From assembly GCA_026770705.1 (NCBI GenBank), contig JANJGN010000052.1:1054001-1118000 (forward strand): 64,000 bases of DNA, read 5' to 3'. Position numbers and translations under genes: made by a program. This DNA is from Isurus oxyrinchus. Lineage: Eukaryota. The notes below the pieces were generated by a model that had not been told where the DNA came from, searched no databases, and saw nothing but the letters and a program-made list of their open reading frames with translations. Shown one piece after another: positions 1 to 11,650 of this stretch. The number at the start of each line of letters is the position of its first letter. Position 1 is the first letter of the stretch.

Positions 1-1007
1 GAATTCAATTATTTCTCAAACGGTAGATTTGATGTCATTTTATTGAAAACTTCCTCAGTGCCTCCCTGAAGGGTTTACACTCTCTGGGAAGCAGGAATAG
101 GCTGGATGTTGGGGAGTTCATCTTTTCCCAGAGAGTAGTGATCCTCGGGAATGTGCTGTCAGTGGGAGTGGTGGTTGCTGATTCTCTGTCGCCTTCAAGA
201 GGGATCTGGAGTCGTTACTGACTGGGGGAGAGATCATGGAAACGGAGAATGATACAGCACAGGAGGAGGCCATTCAGTCCATTGTGCCTGTGCCAGGTCT
301 TTCAATGTTCTATCCAATCAGATCCACTAACCACCATTCCAATTTGCCCCCATCTTCCTCCTTTAAGTATTTATCCAATTTCCCTTTTGAAAGTTCCTAT
401 TGAATCTGCTTCCACCGCCCTTTCAGGCAGCACCTTCCAGACCACAACAACTCGCTCTGTCAAAACAAATTCTCCTCATCTCCCCCTCCGGTTCGTCAAT
501 CTGTGTCCCTCTGGTTACCGACCCTCCTGCCCCTTAAGTACATTGATACTGTTCACCTCAACCACTCCCTGTGGGAGCGAGTTCCACATTCTCCCGTCTC
601 TCTGGGTAAAGATTGGAACTGTTTATTAAGCGGGGGGTGTAAGTCCGTGAGGGAGTCCATCTCGATCCTGCCCGATTCGCACACGCGTCCGAGATGGATT
701 TCCACCCTGCACTAAACGTTTCCAGAATTTTCTACAGCACAATCCTGTACACAGCGATGGAGAGAAACATTGGACAGGGAGTCCAACAGCACAATGATCC
801 ATTCTCACCAATGTTCCACGCTAAGGGGAAAGTTCCGATTGTCCACTCTTAGAGTGTTTACAATGAAAACATTCATTCCACATTGAATCCCAGTAAATGG
901 CTCAATATTACAGCAAATGTTGCAGTGATATGAAGCTTGATTGTTCAGCCAGAGTGAGAGATTGAAAGCGGAGAGTCAGTGATGATTTCTTTCTGTGTGT
1001 TCTCTAG

Positions 1008-1147
1008 ACAGTGGAGGAGAGATTCTGCACGTGATCCTGATCCTGGGAATACGAGCTGTGATATTCCTTGTGGCTGTGGTTATCACTATCGCTGGAGTCT
1101 GTGTCTGGGAGAGACAAACACTGAAAGGAAGTCGACAGACTGTTTGA
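1008..1147 (+). CDS. Terminal coding exon of an activating-type Siglec-like receptor (TM with Arg + short tail); upstream exons lie left of the window
   Basis: Acceptor ttctgtgtgttctctAG at 1006-1007. The phase-1 frame reads xSGGEILHVILILGIRAVIFLVAVVITIAGVCVWERQTLKGSRQTV*. The hydrophobic TM contains one Arg, and the exon is paralogous to 56079-56218. Confidence 0.8.
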
Positions 1148-1261
1148 AGCTTTGTACAGCAACAATCTGGTCAGTCAGTGCGGACAAATAACGTGTGATG
1201 TTGGGTTAAGTTGTAAAGAAACTGGTCAGTGTCCTGGTTAGAATCACCTTCGTATCAGAGA

Positions 1262-1870
1262 GGCATTCCAGCACAGTAGGAGTCCATTCAGCCCATTGAG
1301 TCCATGCTGTCTCTGTGTAGAGCAATCCACTCAGTCCCATTTCCCCCTCTCTATCCCCGTATCTCTGCAAGTTTATTTCCCCTCAAGTGTCCAACCAATT
1401 TCTGTTTGATATCGTTCATCGTCTCCACTTCCACCATCCTCGTAGGCAGCGAGTTCCAGCTCATTACCACTCGCTGTGTAAAAAAGTTCCTCCTCACATC
1501 CCCCCTCTGCCCAAAACCTTCAATCTGTGTCCCCCAGTCCTTGTACCATCAGCTAATGGCAACAGCTTCTCTTTGTCTGCCTTATCTAAACCCATCATCA
1601 TCTTGTACACCTCGATCTGATCCCCCCTCAATCTCCTTTGCTCCAAGGAGAACAACCCCAGCTTCTCCAACCCAACCTTGTAGCTAAAATCCCTCATCCC
1701 TGGACCCATTCTGCTCAATCTCCTTCCCACCCTCTCAAGGACCCTCACTTCCTTCCCAAAGTGAGGAGACCAGAACTGGGCCCAATACTCTAGTTGTGAC
1801 CTAACCAGTGCTTTATAAATGTTCAGCATAACCTCCCTGTGTTTGTACTCAATCCCTCGATTTATGAAAA
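1262..1870 (-). mobile_element. CR1-type LINE 3' fragment (RT C-terminus)
   Basis: Minus ORF contains RGIEYK..VML.IYKALVR..LEY..QFWSPH and LGLFSLEQRRLRGD.IEVYKMM, typical of the CR1 ORF2 end. Confidence 0.9.
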
Positions 1871-2223
1871 GCTTATTCTTTCCATCAGCACAAACAGCAA
1901 TTTCCAAGCGGACTCCCATCAGCAGACAGTGCAATGAAACATCGGCATGCCTGCTTCTTAATGTACGGAGAGAAACCTGCAACGAGAGATTCTCCTTCTT
2001 CTCCTCAGCAAGCTGAAACTTTTCCTTATACCTGGTGCTCCCCAGTCCTGCTGTGTGGACACATCATAACCACGGCATTGTCTGGCTGTGTGCAGCCAAC
2101 ATGGTCGAATAGGAATGAACAGAAATGTGACGTTGCTAAACTCTGTTCTCTGATTGGAATGTGCTTTCTGAATGCTGCACCTTTTTCATGCTGCGATAGA
2201 TTGTAAGAAGCATTTGGGTTATG

Positions 2224-2229
2224 AATAAA
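2224..2229 (+). terminator. Putative polyadenylation signal of the left-edge activating Siglec-like gene
   Basis: AATAAA ends a block (2083-2260) homologous to the 3' UTR behind the ITIM exon at ~31375-31510. Confidence 0.5.
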
Positions 2230-2574
2230 ATTACATTGATTAACACAAGTGATTAAAATGCTCAGGCTGTTCTGTAGCTATTTATAGATTAAAATTCTTA
2301 TTTTGCTGCCAAATTCTTGCCTCAAAGACATTACTTCATGTTGTCACGTTTTCCAATCAGATGAATTCCTGTGCCCATCTTTATAATAGAAATTTCCAAA
2401 GTAAACATGTCACATTGCAGCTGCACACACTCCTGCCAGTGGGTGGTGCGATATGAAGGCTGCCTTGCTGCTCAGAAACAGCGAGAAATATTCCTGTTTT
2501 TGCATGAACTTCATGTGTGCATGAGACACAGGCATCAGATGCAATTTTGTACAATTTGTACAATGTTCTTTAGA

Positions 2575-2825
2575 CAGCGCAGCACTGCCTCTGTTCAAAC
2601 CCTCCAACAGTGCAGCACTCCCTCAGTTCAAACCCTCCGACAGTGCAGCACTCCCTCAGTTCAAACCCTCCGACATTGCAGCTCTACCTCAGTTCAAACC
2701 CTCCGACAGTGCAGCACTCCCTCAGTTCAAACCCTCCGACAGTGCAGCACTCCCTCAGTTCAGACCCTCTGACAGTGCAGCACTCCCTCAGTACTGATCC
2801 TCCGACAGTGCTGCACTACCTCACT
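2575..2825. repeat. 33-bp minisatellite (CAGTGCAGCACTCCCTCAGTACTGACCCTCCGA family)
   Basis: Direct tandem units are visible in the sequence. Confidence 0.95.
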
Positions 2826-2974
2826 AATTAGCGACTGGAAGGTTTATGTTCATTTATCTTTATTTTCCATTCCTATTGAGCTATGGAGCTCCTGATTTGT
2901 CACCTTTCTGTACCTCGTCCAATGCTTCTGTTATCAGGACTTCCACATCGATGTGAAAGAGCCATGATGATAGC

Positions 2975-3110
2975 AGACAGTCGCACAATGGGAATGGCAC
3001 TAGGCCAGTGATCCAGAGGCCCAGGTGAATGCTTTGGAGGTAAGGGTTCAAATCCCACCACGGCAGCTGGAGGAATTTAGATTCGATTAATCAATAAATT
3101 TAATTGATTG
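2975..3110 (+). mobile_element. HE1-like SINE, 5' (tRNA-derived) part
   Basis: B-box-like GGTTCAAATCCCACCACGGCAG followed by GGAATTT..ATTC. The matching 3' part is at ~5700-6030. Confidence 0.65.
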
Positions 3111-3199
3111 ATACATTTTTTTCTTATTCATTTCAGGGATGTTGGTGTCGCTGACTAGGCCAGTATTTGTTGCCCATCCCCAATTGCCTTTGAGAACAT

Positions 3200-4145
3200 A
3201 TGGATATCTGAGTTAGGATCAGGAGTAGGTCACTCAGCCCCTCGAACCTGCTCCGCCATTCAGTAAGATCATGGCTGATCTGATTGTCACCTCAACCTCA
3301 CATTCCTGTCTATCCCCAATGACCTTTCACCCCCTTGTTAATGAAGAATCTATCTAGCTCTGCCTTAAAAATATTCAAAGACCCTGTTTCCACTGCCTTT
3401 TGAGGCAGAGTGTTCCAAAGACTTACTACCCTCTGAGAGAAAACATTTCGCCTCATCTCTATCTTAAATGAGCGACCCCTTATTTTTAAACCATGACCCC
3501 CTAGTTCTAGATTCTCACACAAGAGGGAACATCCTCTCCATATCCACCCTGTCAAGACATTCCCTGGATCTTAAAGGTTTTAATTAAGTCGCCTCTTACT
3601 CTTCTAAACTCCAGTGGATACAAGCCTAACCTGTCCAACCTGACCTCATAAGACAAACCACCCATTCCTGGTATTAGTCTAGTAAACCTTCTCTGAACTG
3701 CTTCTAATGCATTTACATTTTTCTTTAAGTAAGGTGACCTTACTGCACAGAGTACTCCAGATGTGGTCTCACCAGTGCCCTGTACAACTGAACGTAACCT
3801 CCCTACTTTTCTATTCAATTCCCCCACAGTAAATTATAACATCCCATTAGCTTTCCTCATGACCTGCTGTATCTGCAAACCAGCCTTTTGTGATTCATGC
3901 ACGAGGACACCCAGATCCCTCTGCATCTCAGAGCTCTACCATTTTAGTTACCTTTTAGATAATAATCTTCCTTCTTGTTCTTTCTGACAAAATGAACAAA
4001 TTCACATGCGCCCACATTATACACCATTTGTCAGATCTTTGCCCACTCACTTAACCTATCGATGTCACTTTCTAACCACCTTACATCCTCTTCACAATTT
4101 ACTTTCCAACCTATCTTTGTGTCAGCAGCTCATTTAGCCGCCATT
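3200..4145 (-). mobile_element. CR1-type LINE 3' fragment
   Basis: Minus ORFs contain LEAVQRRFTRLIPGMGGLSYE.RLDRLGLY.LEFRR.RGDLI and RRN.FSQRVV.LWN.LPQKAVE. Confidence 0.9.
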
Positions 4146-4617
4146 CCTGGGCAGTCCAGGTGCTTCTCCACCGAGGTTCAAATGAGCACAGTTTATATAT
4201 TTTTACTCTCAGTTACAAGGTAATGGTATTAGTTAGACAAAGGCCACAGCACAATGACCCTCCGGTGGGCTGATAATTGTGTGCTTGTACAGTAATTACA
4301 GGGCAGAAACTGGCTATTGTCCTTTTGAGACAGCAAAGAATCTATGTTTGTTCAATACAAAAGGTTTCCGGAGGCTGACTGGATGTGGTTCAAGGCCATC
4401 GGACGGTGTGAAATAACCCTCCCCATTTCTTGATTGAGTCACCCTGTGTCCTTGTGTGTGTGTCTCCCATTTCCTCATTGCAAATTTACAGCTGAACCCT
4501 TTGTACAGGTTTTTAGCTTTCACGTAAGGATGTGATTGTCTGTGTACGCTTTGTCACCCTAGCTGCTGGTCCTGGCTGGCTCTTTAAGATAAATCCAAAT
4601 TTTCTGCACCTTCAATG

Positions 4618-5695
4618 AGATTCTCTCTTGTTGAAGCTGGTCATTGCCTGGCACTTGTGTGGCATGAATGTTACTTATCACCTGTCAGCCCAAGCCTGGA
4701 TGTTGTCCAGGTCTTGCTGCATTTGGACATAACTTGCTTCAGTATCTGAGGAGCCGTGAATGGTGCTGAACATTGTGCAAACATCAGCAAACATCCCCAC
4801 TTCTGACCTTATGATGGAAGGAAGGTCATTGATGAAGCAGCTGAAGATGGTTGGGCCTAGGACACTACCCTGAGTAACTCCTGCAGTGATGTCCTGGAAC
4901 TGAGATGATTGACCCCCAATAATCACAACCATTTTCCTTTGTGCTGGGTATGACTCCAAGCAGCAGAGAGTTTTCCCCCGATTCCCATTGACTCCAGTTT
5001 TGCTCGGGCTCCTTGATTTGCCACACTCAGTCAAATGCTGCCTTGATGTCAAGGACAGTCACTCTCACCTCACCTCTGGAGTTCAGCTCATTTGTGCATG
5101 TTTGAACCAAGGCTGTAATGAGGCCAGGAGCTGAATGATCCTGGTGGAACACAAACTGAGCGTCAGTGAGCAGGTTCTTGGTAAGCAGGTGCTGCTTGCA
5201 AGCGCTGTTGATGACCCCTTCCATCACTTTAGTAATGATCAAGAATAGACTGCTGGGGAATTGGCTGGGTTGGATTTGTCCTGCTTTTTGTGTACAGGAC
5301 GTACCCCATAGCCGGGTAGTTGCCAGTGTTGCAGCTGTACTAGAAAATTCCAGAAAAGCTTGGCTAGGGGCGCAGCAAGTTCTGGAGCACAAGTCTTCAG
5401 TACTATTGCCGGAATAATGTCAGGGTCTGGAGCATTTGCAATATCCAGTGCCTTCAGCCCTTTCTTGATATCACATGGAATTAATCGAATTGGCTAAAGA
5501 TTGGCATCTGTGATGCTGGGGACCTCAGGAGGAGGCCGAGATGGATCACCCACTCAGCACTTCTGGCTGAAGGTTGTTGCGCATGCTTCAGTCTTGTCTT
5601 TTGCACCGATGTGCTTGGCTCCTCCATCATTGAGGATGGGGATTTTTGTGGAGCCTCCTCCTCCAGTGAGTTGTTTAATTGTCCACGACTGGATG
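4618..5695 (-). mobile_element. CR1-group LINE RT fragment (degenerate)
   Basis: Motifs LDIKAAFD, GVTQGSVLGPTIFSCFINDLP, MFAD and DLDNIQAWAD. Confidence 0.9.
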
Positions 5696-5699
5696 TGAC

Positions 5700-6030
5700 A
5701 TCTGGAATGCGAAGCTAGTCTCAGTAATGGTGACCATGAAACTAAGGCCAATTGTTACAAAAACCCATCTGGGTCACTAATGCCCTTTGGGGAAGGAAAC
5801 CTGCCGTCCTTACCCATTCTGGCCTACGTGTGACTCCTGACCCACAGCAATGTGGTTGACTCTTAACTGGCCCCTGAAATGGCCGAGCAAGCCACTGAGT
5901 TATATCAAAACCCGCCACAGACCAGTCAAACCAGGCGAACTGCAGCACTTCGAAAAGGCAGCTCAGCACCCCCTTCTCAAGGGGTCAGTCAGGAACAGGT
6001 AACAAACGCTGTCCACATCCCGTGAAAGAA
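5700..6030 (+). mobile_element. HE1-like SINE, 3' part
   Basis: GACCATGAAAC...AAAACCCATCTGG.TCACTAATG.CCTT..GGAAGGAAA.CTGCCGTCCTTACC...CCACAGCAATGTGGTTGACTCT. The same text occurs inverted at 15310-15670. Confidence 0.7.
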
Positions 6031-7536
6031 TTTTGGTAAAAAGGTAGCCGTGTATCACCACCCACGGCCAGCGCCAACCCCCCCACCCCTACCTGATTGC
6101 ACCAGTTTCAGATTACACCAGGTCAATGAACGGATAGAAACTCAAACCAATGAGATGAGCACAGAGCAGGATCAAGCCAGAGAGAGTTGGTGGGAAGAAT
6201 TGGGAAAGCAACAAAAAAGGCAGAGCGGACACTAACACTATAACAAAGTAAAGACCAGAGGAGGAAGGAAGCAAGTGCGAAGAGGAATTGAGAGTAGAGC
6301 TGGTAGGCTGCTTGTCGAAGCCAAGGAACCTCCATAGGTCACACCCACAGTGCTGTTGGGGAGGGAGATACATGATTTTGACCCAGGATCATCAAGTTTT
6401 GCACTGGCAGAGCCTTTAAAGTAAAGGAACCTTCACTACCCGTGTCCCCCGCCCAACAAAGCTGTTGACATGCCGAGTCCACCTGTACAGGCAACCTCCA
6501 GACAGTTGACTACAAAGGCCATTGCAGCTGCTGAATATGACTTCCAGTTTCAAAACCTTCATGAATACAAGGATGGGGGATTCAGCAGGAATATTCCTGC
6601 ACATCCTGTGGCAGATCCTGTAAATAAAAGGGACCTTCACTCACTCCTCAAAGCTGCTGACCTGCTGATTCACATCTACAGGCAACCTCCAAACAGTCGA
6701 CTAGAGAAGACAATGCAGCTGCTGAATGTGACTCCTAGTTTCAAACCCTTCACTCTGGAAAGAAGGAATCCAGAGCAATGGGCCTCACTATGATACTTGA
6801 CAGAAACTGATTTTAACTCTCATCTCTAAGTATTATTTTTCCTTTGCTTACATTTTAATCCCTGCACCTGATGGCTTTATCGCTTCAACTTAAATAACTT
6901 TCAGCAGGAGCCAGGTTCAAATTGAATGGACAAGCAGGCTTGGGGGGCCAAAAGGCCTACTCCTGCCTCTGTTTATTTATGTTTGTGTTGTTATGTAGTG
7001 GAACTAGAGAGGTTATAGCAGTTATGAGAGCATTAAGCAAACAGCAGCAAGAATTGAACACCTACGTTGTGGTTTATGAAAAGGTTTTCAACCTGGTCAA
7101 CTGGTAAAATCTGTTGAAAGTGGGCTATCATGGCGTGTGCCCTTTGTGAGATATTTGTAACAACGTTCTCGATGTCGGAACAGTTTGCATTGAACAAAGC
7201 TGATCTTTACCCAGAACTTCAGAGGAAGGGGGGACAATTGTTCCCTGGTGTGGGGGGCATGGTGGGGGGGGAGGGTGAGGGGGAGACAAGTAGCCTGAAA
7301 TACCAAGCCAGACACTTTGTGAAGACAAAAGTTGTTTGTTCATTTTTTTTTACAAATCATAATCTTTACAATTAAAGTCCCGACAAGATAATGGTGAATC
7401 ATGAACACATTGTCGGGGTGAATCTGTGCCCGGGAGCATAAAGCAGCAAAATCAGGAACCCGCTTTACATCTCTCTGAATTTTAACTATCATTAACCCCA
7501 GTAACATCCATTCAAATGACTTAGTCATAAGATTCC

Positions 7537-7965
7537 TCACACATTCACTTGCACACTCACACACCCACACCCACACAGACACACTGACACACTCACTCAT
7601 TCACATTGACACACACTGACACAGTCACACACACCCACACAGACACACTGACACACTCACTCATTCACATTGACACACACTGACACAGGCACACACACCC
7701 ACACAGACACACTGACACACTCACTCATTCACATTGACACACACTGACACAGTCACACACACCCACACAGACACACTGACACACTCACTCATTCACATTG
7801 ACACACACTGACACAGTCACACACACCCACACAGACACACTGACACACTCACTCATTCACATTGACACACACTGACAGTCACACACACCCACACAGACAC
7901 ACTGACACACTCACTCATTCACATTGACACACACATATTGACAGTCACACACACACACACACACG
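7537..7965. repeat. CA-rich compound tandem repeat (~66-bp unit)
   Basis: Repeated unit cacccacacagacacactgacacactcactcattcacattgacacacactgacacagtcaca. Confidence 0.9.
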
Positions 7966-8294
7966 CTCATAAAGACAGACACAAACACAGTCACGTGAGG
8001 TGAATAGTGTCGATGTATTTAAGGGGAAGCTGGATAAACACACGAGGGAGAAATGAATAGAAGGATATGGTGATGGGGTGAGATGGAGAAGGGGTGGGCG
8101 GAGACTCGTGTGGAGCAGAAACACCAGCATGGAGCAGATGGGCCGAATGGCTTCTTTCCCTGCTGTAAAACGCAGGTAAAGTTTCAGTTGGAATTAATGA
8201 ACAGGGCCTGTGTGAAATAGATTGCTAAGCAATGATAAGGAGGGGAGAGGCTGTGGCATGGTGCAGGATGACCTTGCGTGAATGAGGCCAGGGT

Positions 8295-8411
8295 CTAATA
8301 TCTACAGCAGAGACCACAAGTCTCATTTGATTCTCTCCAATTACAGCAGTTACAGCAGAATCTGCAGAGCTGCTGTCTGCCCATTCTCTTCTGGCGCTGC
8401 AGCAAGGAGCC
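8295..8411 (-). CDS. HAMP: Hepcidin exon 3: furin site + mature peptide
   Basis: Acceptor tgcttttccAG. Phase 0 reads GSLLQRQKR|MGRQQLCRFCCNCCNWRESNETCGLCCRY*. An RxKR furin motif precedes the hepcidin 8-Cys pattern C-x2-CC-x-CC-x(n)-C-G-x-CC. Confidence 0.93.
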   Translation of the reverse strand, partial: GSLLQRQKRMGRQQLCRFCCNCCNWRESNETCGLCCRY

Positions 8412-8494
8412 CTGGAAAAGCAGGAGCACAATAGGTGAGAACATTCCGGAAAGAAAGAAGGCATCATTTCAATCAGGCGCGTCATTGGAAGGAG

Positions 8495-8880
8495 GATGGC
8501 GCATTTCTATAGCGCCTTTCCCCTCCTCAGGATGGCCCAAAGTGTTCCACAGCTGAAGGAAGGACTTTTTCTGAAGTGGGCTCACCGCTGTAATGTAGGA
8601 AACGCAGCAGGCAATTCACGCACAGCAAGATCCCACAAACAGAAATGTGATAATGGCCCCGATTTTCAGTTTTTTACCAATGTCAGTTGAGGGATAAATG
8701 TTTGCCCCAGGAAAGTGGACATAACTCCACCCATCCAGCCCGCACCACCCCCTCCACACATACCCCCCAACTCCTGACGCACTTCATCTAAATTGTGGCC
8801 ATGGAATCCTCTATATCCACCTGAGAGGGCAGATTGGTTGCCCCAGTTTAATGTCTCATCTGAAAGACAGCGCCTTCAAC
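8495..8880 (-). mobile_element. Deu-domain (SacSINE1/AmnSINE-like) SINE; related copies at ~9320-9490, 10895-11200, 28270-28660
   Basis: Contains CACAGCAAGATCCCACAAACAG, GAGGGATAAAT and CCACCTGAGAGGGCAGA, and runs directly into the 33-bp minisatellite. Confidence 0.65.
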
Positions 8881-9210
8881 AGTGCAGCACCCCCTCAGTA
8901 CTGACCCTCCGACTGTGCAGCACTCCCTCAGTACTGACTCTGACAATGCAGCACATCCTCAGTACTGACCCTCCAACAGTGCAGCACTCCCTCAAGACTG
9001 ACCCTCTGACAATGCAACACTCCCTCAGTACTGACCCTCCGACTGTGCATCCCCCCGCCGGTACTGACCCTTCGACAGTGCAACACTCCCTCAAGACTGA
9101 CCCTCTGACAATGCAGCACTCCCTCAGTACTAACCCTCTGACAATGCAGCACTCCCTCAGTACTGACCCTCTGACAATGCAGCACACCCTCAATACTGAC
9201 CCTCCGATAG
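8878..9210. repeat. 33-bp minisatellite (hepcidin intron 2)
   Basis: Tandem CAGTGCAGCACTCCCTCAGTACTGACCCTCTGA units. Confidence 0.95.
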
Positions 9211-10740
9211 CTCGGTCATTCCTCAATTACGCCTGGTGGTCCTTTTAACTCAGAGCTGAGAGTTGCAGAGAATCGAGCAGACACCCTGAACTGACACTTG
9301 CAGTGCAAGTACTGGGAGCGCGCTGGTCATTATCATGCTGCTGTCTGTGGGATCTTACAGTGCGCCAATGGCTGATTCTTTTCCCACATTACATCAGTGA
9401 CCTCACATGAAAGAAAAAAGCACTTGATTGTCTGCGAAACACTTTGGGACGTCCTGATGTGTTGGAAGGCGCTAGAGAAATGCAAGTCCTCTTTGTCTTT
9501 CACTCGATCCTCTAAGGTGTCTGTTGATTAACCAGCCTCTCGGTGTATGATGTAGGCCTGGTTATAAACAGTTAGAAGGATCAAATATCAAAAGTGCTTT
9601 GGCTGACAGTCAAACCGATTGTGCATTCGGAGAGATTAGATATGGTCTGCACACAATGACTCCAGTCTCTGGCACTGAATGCCGCCTGGGGTCTCCCTTC
9701 CACATAACAATCACAACTTGCATTTACACAGCGCCTCTGACATTGCAAAATGTCCCAGCCCACATTACCGGAGCGTAAATCAGAGAGAAGTCTAACACTG
9801 AGTCACATATGGAGATATTAGGGTTAGGTGACCAAAAGCTTGGTCAAAGATGTCAGTTTTTAAGGAACGTCTTAAAGGAGAGAGAGAGAGAGAGGCAGAG
9901 AGGTTAAGGGAGGGTATTCCGGAGCTCAGGGCCCCAGGCAGCTGAAGGCACGGCCACCAATGGTGGAGCGATGGGAATCAGGGGGTCCCGGGAGATGCAG
10001 TAATGTCAGAGATTTTGGAGGAACATCGGGACCGGAGGAGGTGTTCTCCTGCTCCATATCTCTCTCTCTCTTCCTCTCATCCACTCCTCCTCTCCCTGTC
10101 TCTCTCTCTCCTACTCTTCCTCTCAATTGCCCTCTCTCCCAATCTTTCTCTCCTCTCTCCCTTTTCCTGTCTCTCTCCCTCTCTCTCCCCTGTCTCCTTC
10201 TCCCACTCTGTATCTCTCCCTCTCTCACACTATTTTTGTACCTTTCGCTCACTCTGTAACTCTCCCTTTCCTGTTAATTTCTCTCTCTTGGACAATCTCT
10301 CTTCCCTTTTCACTTTCCCTCACTCTGCATCTCTTCTTTAATTTCTCCCTCTGTCACTCTCTCCCACCTATGTTCTTTCCCTTTCACCCCTCCCCGTCCC
10401 ACTCTCTGTCTCTCTCTTCCAATCCCTCCCTCCCCCATTCCATCCCTCTCTCCGACTCTCGACTCCCAGCCTCTCTTTAACCCACTCCCAGGCTGGATCA
10501 GTCTCCCTCTCACTATTCCCGGCGTGGGTTACATTTAAAATTCCTGTGGGGATATGTTCACTTCCTTGGAATTGCCTCTTCCCAGCTTTGCAAAAAAAGG
10601 GGGGGGGGGCTCGATTTCAAACATGCCTCCTGAGTATAACCGAGACAGACTGCCACTGAAATCAGCTTGAAATCAGAAAACTTTCTGTGGAAGAAACGAG
10701 CAGGGAGAAACCTTAAAATAAGGAATGAATTTCCACCTAC

Positions 10741-10797
10741 CGTGTCCGGGGAATCCACAGATTTCTCAATCGTCGAAGAACCTAAAGCAGTGTCAAC
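10741..10797 (-). CDS. HAMP: Hepcidin exon 2 (pro-region)
   Basis: tttctttttgcAG|GTT...ACG|GTaggt. The exon is 57 nt, phase 0-0, and reads VDTALGSSTIEKSVDSPDT; the other two frames have stops. Size and phase fit the short acidic HAMP exon 2. Confidence 0.8.
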
Positions 10798-11204
10798 CTG
10801 CAAAAAGAAAGAATTTATCAGGGAGAAAGTGAGAGGAGGATTGAGGGAGAGGGAGAGAGAGAGAGAGAGGTACAGGAGAGAGAGGGGGAGGAGGACAGAC
10901 TTGCATTTCTCTAACGCCTTTCACCACATCCCAAAGCATTTCACAGCCACTGAAGGATGTTTTTGAAGTGCACTCACACTGTAGGAAATGTGGCAGCTGA
11001 TTTGTGCACAGCAAGATCCCACAAATAGCAATGTGATCATGGCCTAGATCATCTGTTTTTGGTGATGTTGGGTGAGGGATAAATATTGGTCCCAGGACAC
11101 CGGGGAGAACACCCCCTGCTCTTCCTCCAAATAGTGGCTGTGGGATCTTTCACACCCGCCCGAGAGGGCAGACGTGGGACTCAGTTTAATGTCTCATTCA
11201 ACAT

Positions 11205-11650
11205 TGTTGTGCTCCCTCAGTACTAACCCTTTGACACTGCAGCACTCCCTCAGTACTAACCCTTCGATAGTGCTGCGCTCCCTCAGTACTGTCCCTCCGT
11301 CAGTGCAGCTCTATTTCAGTACTAACCCTTCGACACAGCAGCACTCGCTCAGTACTGACCTCCGACAGTATAGCACTCCCTCAGTACTGTCCCTCCAATA
11401 GTGCAACACTTCCACTCTACTGACCCTGTAACAATGCAGCACTTCCTCAGTACTGACCCTCCGTCAGTGCAGCGCTCCCTCAGTACTGACCCTCCGACAG
11501 TGCAACACTTCCACAGTACTGACCCTGTAACAATGCAGCACTTCCTCAGTACTGACCTCCGACAGTATAGCACTCACTCAGTACTGTCCCTCCAATAGTG
11601 CAACACTTCCACACTACTGACCCTCTGACAGTGCAGCACTCCCTCAGCAC
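11205..11650. repeat. 33-bp minisatellite (hepcidin intron 1)
   Basis: Tandem units following a Deu-SINE fragment. Confidence 0.9.

Larger units (their letters stand above)
68..2810. repeat. Inverted segmental duplication of ~54600-57158 (activating TM exon + 3' region)
   Basis: The reverse complement matches 54600-57158 almost base for base. The ORF track shows near-identical peptide pairs (249..629+ vs 56597..56977-; 979..1191+ vs 56035..56247-; 1934..2206+ vs 55024..55413-). Confidence 0.95.

Noticed and set aside
979-1191. Cys-rich track ORF MMISFCVFSRQW... (also 56035-56247) as a defensin-like peptide
   Set aside because: It is off-frame to the TM exon. The phase-1 frame fits the splice acceptor and the upstream Ig exon.
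6050-6800. 107-aa ORF 6470-6793 as a host gene
   Set aside because: It has no recognisable domain or splice structure. It may be a decayed retroelement ORF1, which needs BLASTX to decide.
8225-8485. Track ORF MTRLIEMM... as a gene
   Set aside because: It is an alternative frame overlapping hepcidin exon 3.
9926-10500. Leu/Ser-rich or ER-repeat ORFs (also 14741-15347, 34262-34477)
   Set aside because: They are translations of CT/GA microsatellite-like sequence.
10558-10685. Extra hepcidin exon after the acceptor-like ttcttccacAG
   Set aside because: There is an immediate stop in phase 0 (KVF*) and no convincing donor that restores the frame to exon 3.
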